The position numbers were made by a program, and so were the translations under genes. From Aquificaceae bacterium (GTDB lineage: Bacteria > Aquificota > Aquificia > Aquificales > Aquificaceae), in NCBI GenBank assembly GCA_037924335.1, contig JAXSMZ010000006.1, positions 1-61,361 on the forward strand: a DNA stretch of 61,361 nt, given 5' to 3'. Positions 60,333-61,361 of the stretch are shown one piece after another. The notes under the pieces were generated by a model. The model made no database searches. It was given only the letters and a program-made list of their open reading frames with translations, and was not told where the DNA came from. Each line of letters starts with the position of its first letter. Within the stretch, counting starts at the first letter, position 1.

Positions 60333-60690
60333 AAAAGCCTTAGCAGGACAAAGAGTCAGAGGACTATAACTCCCTACAGTATGTGTCTTGCGTCCCTTCA
60401 GAGGTATTTAGGTGAGGGCAAACCTTCTTGAAATTGAACCCAGAAAGGCTGTTTTCTTACGTTGACTCCTCTGATCTTTCTACCTCCTCTCTCCTTACTC
60501 ATCTTTCTGCCATAAAGCACTTTACAAGTTTACCTTTAGAAGGGGTTGGCTAAGCGAGGAACATTACTCGGAACTGGAGGCGGTCTTGGAAGAGATAAGG
60601 GAGGACCTTTCTGGCTCAAAACCTCAGAGAAGTCCAAAGGCTCTCAGTAGGGAGGAGCTCGACAGGATTTTTCAGACGGTAAGGGATACT
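60333..60690 (+). pseudogene. Frameshifted N-terminal fragment of a paralog of the 49637-50500 recombinase
   Basis: KSLSRTKSQRT.../LFSYVDSSDLSTSSLLTHLSAIKHF/KFTFRRG...EIREDL...PKALSREE against KGLERTKSART...YSYVYSSSLNTSSLLTHLSAIKHFYKFMLRRG...DIREEL...PKALSKED. Confidence 0.85.
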
Positions 60691-60691
60691 T

Positions 60692-60880
60692 GTTCTCATC
60701 CCTTTTCTTAAACCAAAAGATAAAGTCTGGATAAAACCTTCTCAACTTTCCATCGTAATATGGGATGTATATATTGTCTAAACTCTCATCTATTTTTGAA
60801 AAATACTACCAGTCAAGATATTCAAAATCATGGTTATCTTCAAGGTATTCTTCAAGATGTTTTATAAAATCACTTTCACG
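60692..60880 (-). pseudogene. Fragment of a type III restriction endonuclease (Res) nuclease domain
   Basis: ESDFIKHLEEYL...DW*YFSKIDESLDNIYIPYYDGKLRRFYPDFIFWFKK, with an in-frame TAG at 60808-60806. Confidence 0.65.
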
Positions 60881-60888
60881 ATATAATA

Positions 60889-60928
60889 CCGCAGGAGGCT
60901 CTCCTTTTCAAAGGAGAGAGGAATGCGG
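60889..60928 (+). mobile_element. IS200/IS605 left-end hairpin
   Basis: CCGCA...CTCTCCTTT-TC-AAAGGAGAG...TGCGG nested inverted repeat just upstream of tnpB. Confidence 0.65.
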
Positions 60929-60966
60929 GACTTAACAAATATACATTTTTAGTCTATATTATTCTT

Positions 60967-61361
60967 ATGGTTCAGTTAACAGCAAGGGGGAAGCTAATTG
61001 TGGGTTAGGAACAAAAGAAGACATTGCTTGAGACTATTGAATTAGTTAATCAAGTCAGGAACTATCTTTCTGAGGTAGCTTTCAGAGAGAAGATAGCAAA
61101 CAAAGTGAAACTTCAAAAAATAAGCTATAGAGAAGTGCGGGAGAGGTTTTCTGTGCCAGCACAATATGTAGTTAGGGCAATAGCAAGTGTGTGTAATGCC
61201 TATAAGAGCAAGAAAAAAGACATAGACCACATGCAAGCATAGATTTAGACCAGAGGTTAGTATCTTTCAAGGGAATAGACAGAGTATCTATCAACACAGT
61301 CAGAGGGAGATTAACCATTCCAGTGGTTTGGGGTGAGTATTTCAGAGAAAGGGTAGCTTTC
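60967..61361 (+). pseudogene. tnpB: tnpB pseudogene, 5' part (runs off the window)
   Basis: MVQLTARGKLIVG*EQKK...RAIASV..AYKS, then a frameshift to RPHASIDLDQRLVSFK...INTVRGRL; in-frame TAG at 61006-61008. Confidence 0.75.

Noticed and set aside
61006..61008. In-frame TAG in tnpB (and in the Res fragment) as recoding or pyrrolysine
   Set aside because: Accompanied by frameshifts and truncation, and TAG is a normal stop elsewhere in the window; pseudogenisation is the simpler explanation.
1..61361. CRISPR array, rRNA or tRNA genes; the many 60-130 aa ORFs nested in long genes
   Set aside because: No regularly spaced repeats or cloverleaf were seen; the nested ORFs are antisense or alternate-frame shadows without motifs.

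Overview
A gene-dense chromosomal window that looks like Aquificaceae (Hydrogenobacter/Thermocrinis-like). The evidence is a split LeuRS beta subunit, Aquifex-type nuoEF and a Sox cluster. From left to right it contains: the 3' end of a tnpB element that interrupts a cupredoxin gene; glyS-ppsA-pilMNOPQ; a convergent operon of two type IV pilins followed by a TMEM260/DUF2723-type GT-C, a polyprenol-phosphate sugar synthase, two GT4s, a methyltransferase and a flippase; erpA/iscA; folP-cdaA-cdaR, divergent from dnaJ-hspR-khtTU; housekeeping genes; soxW-YZAXB plus DUF302 and an MBL, with no soxCD in the window; nuoEF, rimO and trmD; an intact tyrosine recombinase; an AT-rich island with an RND pump and a two-component system; a 28-bp dif-like site; an HTH/coiled-coil gene; and decayed recombinase, type III restriction and tnpB fragments. 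The two best candidates for undescribed systems are (1) pilin glycosylation by a TMEM260-like transferase using a polyprenol-monophosphate donor, and (2) a dif-like site plus an HTH-coiled-coil/Xer-like recombinase gene pair, present as two inverted, reciprocally decayed copies flanking the island. No rRNA, tRNA or CRISPR array was seen. All family calls come from motif recognition by eye; no database searches were run.
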